From Vermamoeba vermiformis (taxonomy: Eukaryota), in the NCBI GenBank assembly GCA_045837725.1, contig JBEWZL010000243.1, positions 310,001-374,000 of the forward strand: 64,000 nucleotides of DNA. Reading direction: 5' to 3'. A program made the translations under genes and the position numbers. Under the pieces are notes generated by a model. The model worked only from the letters and a program-made list of their open reading frames with translations. It had not been told where the DNA came from and did not search any database. Below are positions 1-16,257 of the stretch, piece after piece (the first letter of the stretch is position 1; the number at the start of each line of letters is the position of its first letter).

Positions 1-4
1 TGGT

Positions 5-598
5 TTGCCTTCTTCAGTGGACCACTTTACGTACTCGAGTCCTAATGTGACAAACAAAGAATTGAATGTCAAAACCAACACGATTGAAGGGGAGAGCACG
101 ACTTGGGTCTTCACCTTCCCTCCTCGCAGCGCAGCTATTATCATCACCTACACGTACGAGGCAGATCTGCTGTTCAACGCCACCAAGGATAACACGTGGA
201 AGTTCAATTATCACTTGATCGACGACTCTTGGAGCAAGATGAACGGCAGTGTGTGGGGATTCAGCAAGATCGACGTGGATGTGTTGCTGCCGTTCGCTGA
301 ACTGTCCAATCTCACGATGAGCCAAGATCTCTACGGCCAATCAGCGAATGGAAATCAGACCACGCTGTACTTCAAGCAGGACTACTTGGGACTCGGTCGT
401 GATTACTCCATTGCGCTCGATTTCATCCCTGGCTCCGATGAAAATAAGGAACACGAGACTAAGAAGATCTTTGGCATTGATTGGTGGATCTTCGTTATTG
501 CTGGCGGTGTTGTGGTCATCATTGTGGCTGCGATCTTGATTAGCCACATTGTCAAAACGCGACGCCAAAAGAAAATTTTAATTCTCGAAAAGCAATAA
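5..598 (+). CDS. 3' part of a single-pass (type I) membrane protein; ectodomain loosely DUF2207-like; 5' end outside window
   Basis: Open frame from the window edge with a beta-rich region, a hydrophobic helix WWIFVIAGGVVVIIVAAILISHIV, a basic stop-transfer KTRRQKK and TAA at 596-598. The family resemblance is from memory only. Confidence 0.7.
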   Translation: MPSSVDHFTYSSPNVTNKELNVKTNTIEGESTTWVFTFPPRSAAIIITYTYEADLLFNATKDNTWKFNYHLIDDSWSKMNGSVWGFSKIDVDVLLPFAELSNLTMSQDLYGQSANGNQTTLYFKQDYLGLGRDYSIALDFIPGSDENKEHETKKIFGIDWWIFVIAGGVVVIIVAAILISHIVKTRRQKKILILEKQ

Positions 599-1359
599 AT
601 GATGTAATTATTAGGCAAGCGTTGTGATTGTTTTTTCAAGCGTAAATCCGACGGTACATTTATGACACAACTGAGAATCTTTTTCCGTTATAATTACGTA
701 GTATCCCAAAAAATCTTATAATAATTATAGGACTTTTTAATCAACTGAATTATGTTCAAGATTTTGTGGATCAATTTTGGAGCGCGAGATGTGACACAAT
801 CCTTTTTGTAACGACTCACGCCCTTGTACTCCATTCCTGTGGAGTTACGTTACTCTAATTGCCATTTGATTCAGTTTGTATTGGAAACGTGCAGTAATCA
901 CGAAGCAAATACAGCGGGGAGATTGTAATCTTGCTGTTTTTGTTTTGATTTCTGCCCAGGGCCAGCAAATCTTTTTTTGTTAGTCGCGAATCATTGGGCA
1001 GTTAGAACTTATTTTTTTCGTGTGACTACCATACGAGGTAAGTGTTTTGAAATTGTTTTAATAATATTCAGTCTGGAGTCAAATCCACTGCGGTCTTCTA
1101 TTTGGAATAGATCCTGTTGCGCTTATTGAAAAATACAGCGAGCCTATTAAATTTGCAATAGTTAATTATAGTACATGATTAATATTGCTGATTTTAAATA
1201 TTGAAATCGAAAGTTTTAATTGCTGAAATTGTTTTTGGTTGCAAGTTGACCAACGGATTTCTTCTTCTCTCGCGAATTATCGACTAAAATATTTTCTATA
1301 GCGGCCTAATACGTGCTAATATCTGAAGACCATCGAATTAGTCACAAAAGCACTGAACA

Positions 1360-4300
1360 ATGTCGATTCAGCTCAAGATTCTAGTCAGCGCAACCGGAGC
1401 AGCAAAAGTTCTCCGCTTTGCTCCTGATATGACCATTGCGGAAGTGCTCAAGGAAATCAAGGAGAAGACCGAAATTGGTGGCGCTGACCATGGTTTATAC
1501 CAAGCCGCATTCAAGGGAAAGAAGCCCAGATGGCTCCAGAAAAACAGAACTCTTAAATACTACGATATCACAAATAACGTAAGTTCCTTAACGGTCGTTT
1601 TTTTGTGCGATTAACTAGCATATTTAAAATTGATTGATTTTATATAATCTTTAAGCGCAAAGGTAATGCAGCCTGACTAATCGTTTGCTCTTCTTAGATG
1701 GAGCTCGAATATAAGAAGAAGTCTCGTAGACTTAAGATTAAACTTCCCGACGATACAGTTAAGACTGTTATGATTGATGATTCTGGTCTTGTTGCCCAGA
1801 TCGTCAAATCCGTTGTGGAGAAACTCGACATTAAAACAAACCCTGAAGAGTGGGGTCTCAGACGTGAAACTGCCTCTGACAGTAAGTCAATTATTCGTAC
1901 GGCTCTTGCATTTTTCTCACGATTTACGTTTAGATCAATTTTTGGTTGACGGTCAAACTTTGCAAGAACAAGACGTCGTCGACGAAGAAGAGCAACTTCT
2001 GTTCGAGAAGAAGCTCTTCGGTATGGAGAACACTGATATGAGTGATCCTGTCGTGCTCCATTATTCTTATGTTCAAGTAAGATTTTGATTTTGAATTCAA
2101 AAAATTCAATACATTTTTGACACATCGCACAGGCCAAAAACAGAATTATTACTGGTAAATATCCTTGCCAGAGAGGTGAGGCTCTTGCTTTGGCTGCCTT
2201 GCAAGTTCAAGTCACCTACGGTAACTTCGATCCGAACAAGCATAAACCTGGCTTTTTGAAGTAAGTCAGCTTAGATACTTACTAGCTTATGCACTTTACT
2301 CACGACGGTATTTAGATTGAACGAATACATGGCTCCTCAATGGCAGAAGAACAAGAACATCGAAAAAGATATCTTCCAAGAACACAAGAAATTCACTGGT
2401 ATGACCGACATTCAAGCCAAATACAGATACCTCCAGGTCGTCAAGTCGTTGAAGACCTACGGTATCACTTTCTTCGAAGTCCGCGAGAAGCTCAGAGGCA
2501 AGAACAAGTTGGTCAAAATTCTGTTGGGTATCACCAGAGACAAGATTATCAAGGCCGACTATGAAACCAAGGAACCCATCAAGGAGTGGGAATTGACTCA
2601 AATGAGACGTTGGGCCGCTGGTGCCAACAGCTTCACTTTGGACTTTGGTGACTATGAAGACGATTACATCGTCATTTTGACCAACGAAGGAGAGGCTATT
2701 TCTCGTTTGCTCGGTGACTACATCGACTTGATTCTCAAGGCTCGTAAAGGTATGTTAGATTAGCTGCATACGATGTGCGTGTCATAGTTAACACGTGGTT
2801 TTTAGACGCTCCTCGTGTCGAAATTGAAGACGACACTGAAGTTGCTCAAGAAGAAATCATTTCTCACCAAGGAGGCAATGCTAACTTCTCTATGACTACT
2901 GGTTACGTCGCTGGTTATGACGGCTCTGGTGCTCAAGGATACAACGTTGGTCCTGCTCAAAACGTCGCCAACTTCATGTCTGGTGCCAGACCTCAAAACA
3001 TCAACGTTGGCGGTCCTGGTGGTGCTGGCATGTCTGTCTCTCGCTTCGCCTTCCCTGAAGCTCAAAAGATCAGCGTCATTGACGTTGGTACTGCTTCAAA
3101 GGCCGCCAGAGCTTTGGCTGGTGAAATCGGTACTGGTCTCGAAGGCTTCGAATCAACTGGCGTTCTCACTGCTGACCAATGGCGCGATCAATTGTCCAGA
3201 AATCAAGACGGTCTGCTCGCTAACCTGGGTAGCTTGATGAACGCTGCTCGCTTGGACCCTGGCATGTTCAACCGTAACGGTTTGGATAATGCCTCCAAGC
3301 AAATCAACATGGAGCTGTTCGGTTTGGCCACTGCCGCCAAGAACATCGCTAAGCTTGATGACGATATCCCCACCCTCGAAGGAGCCAAGTCTGTCGCTGA
3401 TGCCATCTCCAGACTGCTCGGTTGTGCCGACCGTTTGGGTCAAAACCCCGGTGATGCTCAACTCACTGCAGAACTCGTCGAAGCTGAGAAGCTCCTTCAA
3501 TTCTCCATCAACCGTCTCAATGAAGCCAAACAAGGTCGCGTTGCTGACAAGGGTGCTCAATTGCTTATGGTTGAGTGCATGAACAACATCGCCATGGCTC
3601 TCGATGAAGTTGTTGAAGGTGCTATGGGTGCCGCTACTAGCGTTGATGCTAACCGCCGTGGTGCCATCGAGAGAGAAATTGAAAGCCTCAAGGCCAACAA
3701 GGACTGGTTGATGAGCACTGTCGGCACTTTGGTCCCTGTCTCTATCAGCCCTGAAATCAAGAAACAAATCGTTCAATCCGCACAAGCCCTCGGAGATTTG
3801 GGTTTCAAGCTTGTTGACTTCACCAAGAAATCCGGCGTGAACGCAACTTACCTTCCTCCTTTGGACAACGCTGTCAAGAGCGTCACCGAAGCCCTCAGAC
3901 AAATGCTTGATTCTACCGAAACCGCTGAAAAGCGTGGTGGAGCTGAAGGCGATCTTGACTTGCACGGTACTGTCAACGTCATGTTGGCCACTCTTTCTCA
4001 ATTGAAGGGTAACATGACTGACCCCGTCAAGTTGGTCAACCTCGTCAAGGCTGCTGTCTCTACCAACAACAACTTGATGACCATCACCGAGAAGATCGCC
4101 GGCGCTGCTGACGACACTACTCGCGAACGTTTGTTAAAGGCCGGCAAGAACATCTCCGATGGTATGTCGAAGCTCGTCGAATCTGCCAGAAAGGTTCGTG
4201 AGAATCCCGAAGACAAGCTTGCTCAACAAGTCATGTTGAACACTTCTTTGAGAATTGAAAATCTTGCTCAAGACTTGCTTGCTGACGCTGGTGAGACTGC

Positions 4301-7300
4301 CGCCTTGACTGGTTTGAGATACTTCTCTAAGGCAGCCACTGCTGGTATGGTCAAGCTTACTGCTGTGGCCAAACAAGTTGGTCCCGGCGTTACTGACGCC
4401 GCAACTCGTGCTGGCTTAGCTAGGGCCGTTGCTGATGCCCGTGCTGCCATGCAAAACATGATGAACGCCATCCGCCGTGCTGGTCAAGAGCCTGACAACC
4501 GTGTTGCTCAAGACGAACTCTTGCAAACTGCTATTCGCGCTTTGCCAGTCTACTCCGAATTGGTCTTGAACTCTCGCAAGGCCCAGCGCTTCATCAACGA
4601 CGCTAACCAAAAGCAAGATCTTACCTACGCTGCTAACGAATCTGCTGATGTCAACAAGAAGCTCGAAAATGCCTGCAAATCCGTCTCCGACTTGGGCGGT
4701 CAAAGCGAGTTCGATGAGGCCATGGAAGACTTCGATACTGCCATTGCCGACTTGGATGCTGCTGAATTCTCTGCCAAGCAAGGTCTCTTGGTTGCCATTC
4801 CGGGTCAAACTCGTGAAAACGCACTCGAGTTGATGAACGTTGCTATTAAGCGTTTGGAAGGTGCCATGGAATCTTTGGTCGAAACCTCCAAGAGAGGAGG
4901 CAAATTGCCCGAGATTGTCCGCGAATCTGCTGCAGCTATTAACCAAGTATCTGCTGCCGTCAGAACTATGGCTGGTACTGTCAACGACAGAACTACTCAA
5001 AAGAGAATTATTGCTGCTGCCAAGTTGTTGACCACCGACACTCAGAACTTGATTACTGCCGGTCGTGTCTTGGCTATTGACGCTCAAAACAAGGAGAAGA
5101 TCGTTGAACTCGACAAAAATCAACGCAAGACTAAATCTTCTTTGGCCACTCTCATTGCCAGCGCCAAGGGTCTCGACGCTCGTGAATGTGACGAAGCTAT
5201 GGCTTTGATCCAAAGCGAATTGCAGAAGTTGACCGGTGATGAAGCTACTGGTGTGCAATTCAAGCAAGCCGCTGAGGGTTTGACTTCAGTCTGCAAGGCC
5301 CTTTCAGCTGCCGTTTCTCAGCTCGTTGCTATGGCTCGCAGCAACCCTCGTGGTCTTGGTGCCTCTGCTAAGATTAGCGCCACCACCATGTCTCAAGTCA
5401 TTCAAGCCGCTAACATTGCCGCTTCTGCTTCTTTGGATAAGAACACTAGCCTTGAGATTATGTCTGCTAGCCGTCGTTTGGCTGATGCCCTCAACAACTT
5501 GTTGAACTCTGCCAAATACGCCGCTGCTGATCGTGATGAGAACTCTTTGGCCAACTTGGCTGGAAGCAACACCGACGTCACTGATGCGATTCAAAACGTA
5601 CTCTCATCTTTGGGTGGTGTCACAGCTCCTGAATGCGATGAAGCTATTCGCATGATTATGGACGCTGTTCAATTGCTCGATCGTGGCAACCTTGATGGTG
5701 TTACTGGCAAGGGTCGCGGTGAATTGTTGAACGACATCACCAACACTGCCAAGACCTTGGCTCAACTCAGCGGTCGCATCGTCTCTGCCGCTCGTGTTAG
5801 CACTGCTAAGCTCGGTCTCTTCTCTAAGCAGGCCGCCACTGTCATCGGCTCGCTTATCAATGCTGCTCGTTCAGCTGCTAAGCAACCTGAAGGTGGTGAA
5901 GCAGGTTTCTCTGAAGACGGTAGCATCGTCTTGAAGTGTGTCACTCTCATTTTGCAAGACACAAACGACACCAACAAGGTTATCGCTGCTGCTAAGAAGG
6001 CTGCCGTCTCTGCCTCCAAGTTGATTGCTAACAACAAGGAGTTCGCAAAGGCCATTCCCGCTGACCAAAAGCTTCGTCAACAGAACTTGGTTAAGGCCGT
6101 GAAGAATATGGCTGATGCTGCTCGTCGCTTGGCTCAAGCCGCTCAAATGTCAGCCAAGAAGACTCCTGATACTATTGAGGAGTTGACTGCTGCCGCCAAG
6201 GACTTGAAGGAGAAGACTTTGAAGTTGGAAGAAGCTTCCGGCTCTGGTCAATCCACCGGCAGTGCTGATGGTGTTGATCCTCAAATCGCCAAGCAACTCG
6301 CCTCTTCATCTAAGACCGTTGCCGTCTCCACCTCTGAACTTATCCGCGCTGGTGCCTCTGTTTCCACCAGCAACAACCCCGGATCCAGCGAAGAGTTGTC
6401 CAAGTCTACTAACTCTGTTAGTGATGCCATTCAAGGCTTGTTGGTTGCTGCCGCTGCTTTGAACCCTGGTGTTCGTGAGTGCGAGAAGGCTGCCGACGTT
6501 ATCGCCACCGCTATCTCTGATCTCGATGCCGCTAACATTGCTTTGACTGTCGGTCAATTGCAAGTCAAGCTTCCTCCTAACAAGACTCCTCAAGACATCC
6601 AAAACGACATGGTTAACATCGCAAAGGATACTTCTGAGGACATTCGTCTTATCTCCAACGCTGCCGTTACTGGTAATGCCACTGAAATGGTTACCTCGGC
6701 CAAGAACATTCAAAACCGAGTACCCATTATGGTCAAGATCACCAAGGCTGTTGTGTCCACCAACCCGAACGCTCAGCAACAGAAGGACTTGTTGAATATG
6801 AGCAAGGATATGTCTGAAGCTTTGCTCAACTTGATCAAGAGCTGCAAGGCTGCCAATCCTGGTGAGAAGGCCTCTGTTGACAACGTCAAGAACAACTCCG
6901 AAGGTGCTTCTCAAGCCGTTGCCAAGTTGCTCAACATGTTGCAGACTGGTACTACCTTGATCAAGGATATCGATGGCATCATTGCTGGTTTCAAGCAACT
7001 CGCTGCTGCTTTGCCTACTCCTCTCACTGAAAAGCCCGACTCCAACTACCAAGCTTACCGTGCTGACCTTACAAACCTTTCCAAGGAATTGGCTTCCGCT
7101 GTTTTGAACTTGAACAGCGTCAACAAGGCCAGCGTTGGTCAAGTCGGTCTTGCTGCCAACCGCTTGAACGAAACTGTTCCCAAGTTGGCTGAAATTGTTC
7201 GCAAGGCTGCTGCCACTACCACCGATCCTGCTGCTCGTCAAAATCTTCAAGGTGCTGCCAAGAAGGTGCTTGACTGCACTTGCTTGATGCTGGATGCTGC

Positions 7301-9086
7301 CAAGCGTCTCACTCAAAACCCCAACGACGCCCGCGAGCAGAACTCGCTCCGAAATGCATTCAATGCTGCTAACGGCGCCATTGGTGAGTTGATCACTGCA
7401 AGCAAGAAGGGTGCTATTGGTGAGGTTATGATGGACCAAGCCGTCGAGGATATTGGCAAGGCTACCGCTAACTTGAACACCACCTCCATTTTTGCTCAAG
7501 CTGGTCAGTTGGAAGTTCCCAAGGAAGCCTCTGCTGCCACCATGCAGTCTTTGGAGACTGGTTTGTTGACCTCTGCTAAGAAATTGCTCTCACTTTGCGG
7601 TGGTCTCGACAAGTCTACCCAAGTCTCTGAAGAAGAGTTGGGCAAGATCGCCAAGGATATTGCCGCATGCGTCACTGAAACCGCGAACAACGCTATTAAC
7701 ACTGCCAGCCGTGTTCCTGACTCCATCTCTCAACAAGATATTTTGAACTCTGCCAAGGCTGTTGCTATCGCCACTCAACAAATCTTGTTGTCTGCCAAGG
7801 ACGTCCAGCGATCACCCAGCGACAATACCGCTTTGCAAACTCTCAACGTTTCACAGACTGGTGTTGCTGAGGCCGTGAACCAACTGATCACTACCACCAA
7901 GGGTGCCTCTGAGGAGTTCGCTCGTGGTGAGTTGGAATTGGAAAATGCCAAGAAGGCCATCGAAAAGGTCATCCAACACACTCCTGGAACCACTGGTGCC
8001 AAGCCTGAAGATGTCATTGCTGCTCTCAGAACCGTCACTGACGCTACCGCCAACATTGTGTTCGCTAGCAACCAAGAAGAGCTTATCAAGGCCGCACAAG
8101 AAGCTTCAAGCGGTGTTGAGAAGATGATGAACACCGCTCGTGGTGCCGCTCAATTGACCCAAGACACCAACATCAGAAACAACCTCGCTAACTCTTGCCG
8201 CGAGGCTGCTCGTCAAATGGTTAACTTGCTCGAAACTGGCAAGTTGAACCGTCAAGATCCTGCTACTCAAGCTAAGCTTGAAGAATCTTCTGGTGCCGTC
8301 ACCAACTCTATCCAAAACGTCGTTACTGCCCTTCGTGCTTTGCCTAACGCCAAGGACTTGTCTTTGGAAGAGAGCTCAAACTTGGAGAACTTGGCCGAAA
8401 GCGAGTTGTTGAACGCCGCTCGTGTCATCGAAGAAGCTGCCAAGACTTTGATGAACGCCAAGCCTCGCCGCACTAAGCCCAAGGTTGAGGGTGTTGTTGA
8501 CGAGGAGGACATTGTCGACGCTATTATCGACGCCGCTCGTGCTATCACCACCGCCACTGGTACTTTGGTCGCTGCTGCCACCGTCGCTCAAAAGGAGCGT
8601 AAGACCAGCTTGAACACTGGTGCTCTCAACAAGTACCGCAATGATCCTACTTGGGCCAACGGTCTTATCTCCGCCGCCAAGAACGTCGCTGGTGGTGTGA
8701 AGATGTTGGTGCAAGCCAGTAACTCCGCAGTCCAAGGCAAGGCTGAAGAAGAGCACTTGGTCGCTGCTGCTCGTGCTGTCGCTGCCGCCACTGCTCACTT
8801 GGTGACAGCCTCTCGTGTCAAGGCCGACTCGAACAGCAAGGCTCAACAGAACCTCACCAACGCTGCCAAGGCCGTAGCTAATGCCACTAACGAGCTCGTC
8901 AAGGCTGCTCAACACGCCTCTAACTTCGAGAAGGAAGAAGAGGTCGTGGTTGCTGGCAGTGGCATTGGTATTGCTACTCAAGAATTCAACCAACAAGCTG
9001 AGATTTTGCGCTTGGAACGCGAGTTGAACCGTGCTCGCCAAGGCTTGAGTAAGATCCGTAAGGAGCGTTACTCCAACAACAAATAA
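1360..9086 (+). CDS. talin: Talin (FERM head, helical rod, C-terminal I/LWEQ actin-binding domain), ~2460 aa
   Basis: Exons ~1360-1578, 1698-1881, 1934-2076, 2133-2260, 2316-2749, 2806-9086 with GT-AG introns. FERM motifs LKTYGITFF and MRRWAAGANSFTLDFGDYEDDY; Ala/Leu-rich rod; I/LWEQ blocks (DPTWANGLISAAKNVA, QAEILRLERELNRARQGLSKIRKERY). Probable 5' UTR intron 1038-1301. Confidence 0.96.
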
Positions 9087-9214
9087 TTTTTCTTTTTCGC
9101 TTGTAAAATAAATAAATTTATACATTAATAATACAAATGTGCACTGCCTTCCGTTTGGACGAATATTTTAAAACAATCAACTTGCACGGGACCACAACCA
9201 CACTTGGCATTCAA

Positions 9215-9961
9215 ATGGAGCCAAAAGAGCCTGTAAATGAGAACAAGACCACTGAGGACGTTGGCGCTCCTCAACTTGGTGAAGTTGTTGACGCGCCGCT
9301 CGAGTACCTCGAAGATCAAAACATATTAACTTGGATGAAAGAACAAGCTATGCAAGAAAAGGTAATAATAAATAAACGAATTACCACCACTAGCACAGCG
9401 ATTGAGGATGGTGTTGAATGTCGTAGATCGCGATCTAATTATTTTTAAAAAAGGAATCATTGAAGAAAAATGGTGCCAATGCTGTTGTACTTCCAGTATG
9501 TAAATTGAATTATTTTAAAAATATTTAATTGTAATTCCGACGTAGGTGCGAAGCATTAAGATCCAAAAAGACGGAGACAAAACAATCAATATCGTGCAAG
9601 TAGACGCGATGTATAACTTCAGCCAAATCACACAAATTATGGTGTCTGATACTAAGCCTTGCGCAGTCAAAGAAAACTACCTCTATGTAAATGTAAGTGA
9701 CGCGTCGGTTATGCTGGATCTTCTGTAATTAATCATTCTGTTCTCAGGTTGTATTATTACCCAAAAATAGCAGCTCTTGCTTGCTGCTTCCGTATATTTT
9801 CGAGGACAATACGGGCAATGAATTGACTGACTGGCTATTTGAGAACAAGAAAGGGTAAGTGGTACTCAGGCACCAACCTCGTTCATTTTTAACGATATTC
9901 CTTTCCAATTAGACAACGAGCCAAACACAGAATTAGATCCTTCAAACAAATCACCAAGTAA
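9215..9961 (+). CDS. Small 5-exon protein of unknown function (~165 aa)
   Basis: ATG 9215 (MEPKEPVNENK). Frame-preserving GT-AG introns at ~9362-9453, 9496-9545, 9693-9747, 9855-9912. Ends ...RSFKQITK TAA 9959-9961. Confidence 0.7.
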
Positions 9962-10023
9962 AATAAACGAAGATTTTGGACGATACGAATACAAGGCGAC
10001 ATTTACAAGTTTATTTTGACACG

Positions 10024-12574
<2,551 letters not shown>

Positions 12575-12777
12575 TGTGGTATTTGACTTTATCTACACTA
12601 TACCATTGGACTCAACATTACGCTGCAACATAGACTTAAATTTTCTTTGCTTTCTCTAGCCCAAGGCAAAATCACGTGATCATTCGAATGATGAATTTGA
12701 GGTTTTTATTACATTTCGGTGCGAAGGGTTTCAACCACGAGCAGGTTGATCTATTAACAACTCTTAATATTATTATT

Positions 12778-15700
12778 CTATTTAGAGCCGCTCTTCTCAG
12801 CCGCAGCAGCTGCCTTAGCTTCTTCTTTCTTTTTCTTCTTGGCGTCCTTGGAGTCAGGATTGACCTTCATGATCACCACGCCTTCGAGGATTGAAGCGAC
12901 AGGAATATACATATCAGTGGCCAACTCTGCTCGCTCGCCATGTGACAAGAGAACAGGGGTATTGTGGGTCTGGAAGCCTGTGATAGTCTTGGGCTTACCA
13001 GCTTGACCGATGACATCAACCGCTTGACCAACACGCACGCTGACATTGATGGGCTCGCCTTCCTCGTTGACAGCAATCAAAGCACGAGGATACATGGCCA
13101 ATGACAGCAAGTACATCATGTAGTGCGACTTGCCCAAGATAATGTTCTTCATATCGAGACCAGAGTGCAAGACAGCCAACAAACCAGCGGTGGCAACGGG
13201 GTTCATCAACAATCGCTCGCTGTGGTAGGGCTTGATGCCAATAGTACCCTTGCCCATGTGCAAGAAACCTTGAGCGATGCGGACCAAGAAGAGCATGTTG
13301 GGGTCCTTGTAGTAATAAGAAGCCAATTGTCGCAGCAATTGAGCGATACGAGCGTTGTTCGTGCCAGCACCGACAATACCGAGGGCGAAGATAGCACCCA
13401 TAGCGACTTCAGGGTCGTGGTCGTGACTGAGCTTAGAAAGAGTGTCCATAATACCAAGATCGGCATTTGAAACGTTGATGAGGGCAATGGCCAAAGGAAC
13501 TGCACGACGAACAGAAGGTTCACCGTATTGCAAGAGGTGGTCGAACGAGCGCATTGACATTTGAGAGCCAACATCTTCGCACATGGCAATGCCAGCAATA
13601 CCCAACACGGCAACACCTTGGTGAGCCATCTTCTTGTTTTGTTCTTCCTTTTCTTTTTCTTCCTTCTCCTTGTCCTTTTCTTTGCCAGCGTCGCGCTCCT
13701 TCTCCTTTTGAGCCTCTTCTTCGGGAGTGACAGCAGGGTGTTCACCGCAGTCAGCCAACAACTTTTGAATCTTGAGCACGTTGCCTGAGCCCATGTAAGC
13801 GCAGGTCTCAACAGTCAACATGGCGTATCGGCCAATAGGAGCACTGATGGCCTTCAAAGCCTCAATAGTCAGCTCAGCAACTTCTTGTTTGCCCAAGTAG
13901 AGGAGACCCAAGCCCAAGCACAAGTATCGGGCATAAGTGCTCTTCAAAGCAGTTTCAGTTTGCTCCAAAAAGGCGCTCAAGAATGATTCACTGATTTCAG
14001 CGTCACCAGTGCCGACGAAAACAAGACCCAAAGCCAAAGCAATCAAACCGAGGGACTCCATATTGTTGGTTTGATTGTCGAAGGCGGTCATGAGCAAGCC
14101 CTTGATATCTTCACGAGATGAGCCAGCATAAGCAACACCCAAACTAATCGGTGATTAGTTACGTGCATCAAGATATCAACTCGCTGTACTTACCCCAAGC
14201 AGGCACAGGTCTTAACTAAGTTGCTCTTGTCTTCCAAGTAGTTAGGCAAGAAACCGACAGCAGGATCGATGTCGTCATTTCTGTAACCAGCGCACAAAAG
14301 ACCTGTAACGGAGTAAGTTATAATGTCGCAAAGTATTGACTAGGTAGTGGCAATTACCTCCGGCCAAGACGGCACCAGCCTTAATGTTATCGTCATTGCT
14401 GAGGGTGTATTTGTCGATTTGATTCAGACCAGTGCTGATGTCCCACAAGTAGAGCATACCAACGGAAGCAGCGGCACTGAGCATGCCGTGATCCTTGTTC
14501 TTGAAGACCCAGTTGTTGCCCTCTTCGTTGGTCAACATGAGCTTGTCAGTACCAAAACCAGCATTGACAAAGGCATTGACGAAAGTCACGGCCAAGTTGT
14601 TTCTGGCGCTGTCACCCTTGGTGTTCAAGGGGACCTTAATGTCGGACAAGTGTGACTTAAAGATATCTTCTTCGGGTTTCTTAGGCTCAAGCACGTCCAA
14701 TTCTTTGACCAAAGCAAGGAAGTGCTCGGTAAGTTTGTTGTTGCCAGCAATTTCCTTCAAATCGTAATCGTCATTATCAGCAACGACCTCGTACAAGTTG
14801 TGACGGGCAAGCATGTAGGCGATTTGCTTCTGGACGAGAGGGTCTGCGCTATTCAAGATTTCTTTAATGATGTCTTTGCGGCCCAATCTGATAGCGATTC
14901 TGACGGCTTCTGTGGGCTTGTTCAATTTTCTGTAAATTTCCATGGTGACACGCAAAACTTCGACGTCTTCCTCTTCGGGGACATATGAAGAGCAAGCAAT
15001 CAAGTACTGGCAAATCTTTTGGTAGTTTGATTCGTTGGCGAGGGCAATCAAATTTTGAACACGCTCGACCTGTTTAAAGATTGCATTATAATAAAACTGC
15101 AAATGTTTCGTATGTGCAACAGCAGTACAAACCTCCATGAGCAAATCACAGGCCTCGGCTTCGGCGTTGTGTTCTACGTTGTGAGGAACAATTTGGTCAA
15201 CGAGCACCAAGATGTCATCGACTGGCTTTTGGTTGTCCGTGCGGTCAGCGTATTCTTCGCTAATCTCGCTGGCCAAGTGACGCAAGTACTCGTGGCCCCA
15301 GACACTGACATTCTCTTTGGTACCTTGCAGTTTGAAATTCAATGTGTCTCTGGCCCCAACATTTTCGCTGGTCATGCCGACTACTGAAATAATATCGGCC
15401 AAAAAGCGCTACAAATATTAAATGAGAAATTTGGTCGTGAATCTGAAAGGAAAATTTTCGATCTTGCTTGCAAAATTTCTGATAATTACCTTGTTGTCGC
15501 TATCAGCCATAGTTGCGAAGTGTGTTTTCAGTGTCTCGTAGTGCGGTCTCAAAAATTTAAGAGGTTTTGGTACGGAAGTCATCGAGCTGGTCGCAGTGCG
15601 GATCTCGTTTTTAAGTGTATCCAAAGCGAGTTTCTGAACGCCACTATCTACATCTTGTATGCGTGTAACTAGTAACTCGATTTGCTCCTTTAATCGAATG

Positions 15701-16003
15701 TCTTCTTCGCTCTAGAATGAAATTAAAATTTTTAGCAATCCACAATGAAAAATTTTTCAAATGAAAAAGAAATTGAAAAGAGCCAATTTGATATTCTAAA
15801 TTTGTATTATGCATCATATTTCATCCTTGCGAGGATTTTATCAAATTTTCTATTGTTTTTGACCCAGGCTAAAAGACTTAGATTAGCAATAATTAGCTGT
15901 AAGTTCTTACCAAGTCCTCTTCCTTTTTATCTTTCTTCTTTTGATCAGCTGGTTGCTGTTCTTTTTTATCTGTAAGCGGAGCTTTCTTATCGTCTGTCGA
16001 CAT
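12778..16003 (-). CDS. PSMD2: 26S proteasome regulatory subunit RPN1/PSMD2
   Basis: TATSSMTSVPKPLKFLRPHY, WGHEYLRHL, VRVGQAVDVIGQAGKPKTITGFQTHNTPVLL; ATG at 16003; spliced. Confidence 0.96.
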
Positions 16004-16257
16004 CTTGAAGAACTACAAGGCGCAGATTAGCAAAATATTGTGGGCCACAAGAAAATTGGGTATATTACCAATGAATAATAAGCTTCGTGTCACTCTATGA
16101 AAAAGTAAATTTATAAACACGCAAACAAACTCGTCCATAATCATTTGTCAGCAAGCAATTTTTCTACGGTAAAAATTCAGGCCAAATTATTTTAGCCCGC
16201 GTCGCGTGTTTGCAAGCATAGACCCAGTCCGAGCCTAGATAGCACAATATTACTATC

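Noticed and set aside
3153-9125. Long antisense ORFs (up to 397 aa) over talin; similar ones over RPN1 and talin 2
   Set aside because: Expected shadow of strong codon bias in highly expressed genes; no recognisable protein features.
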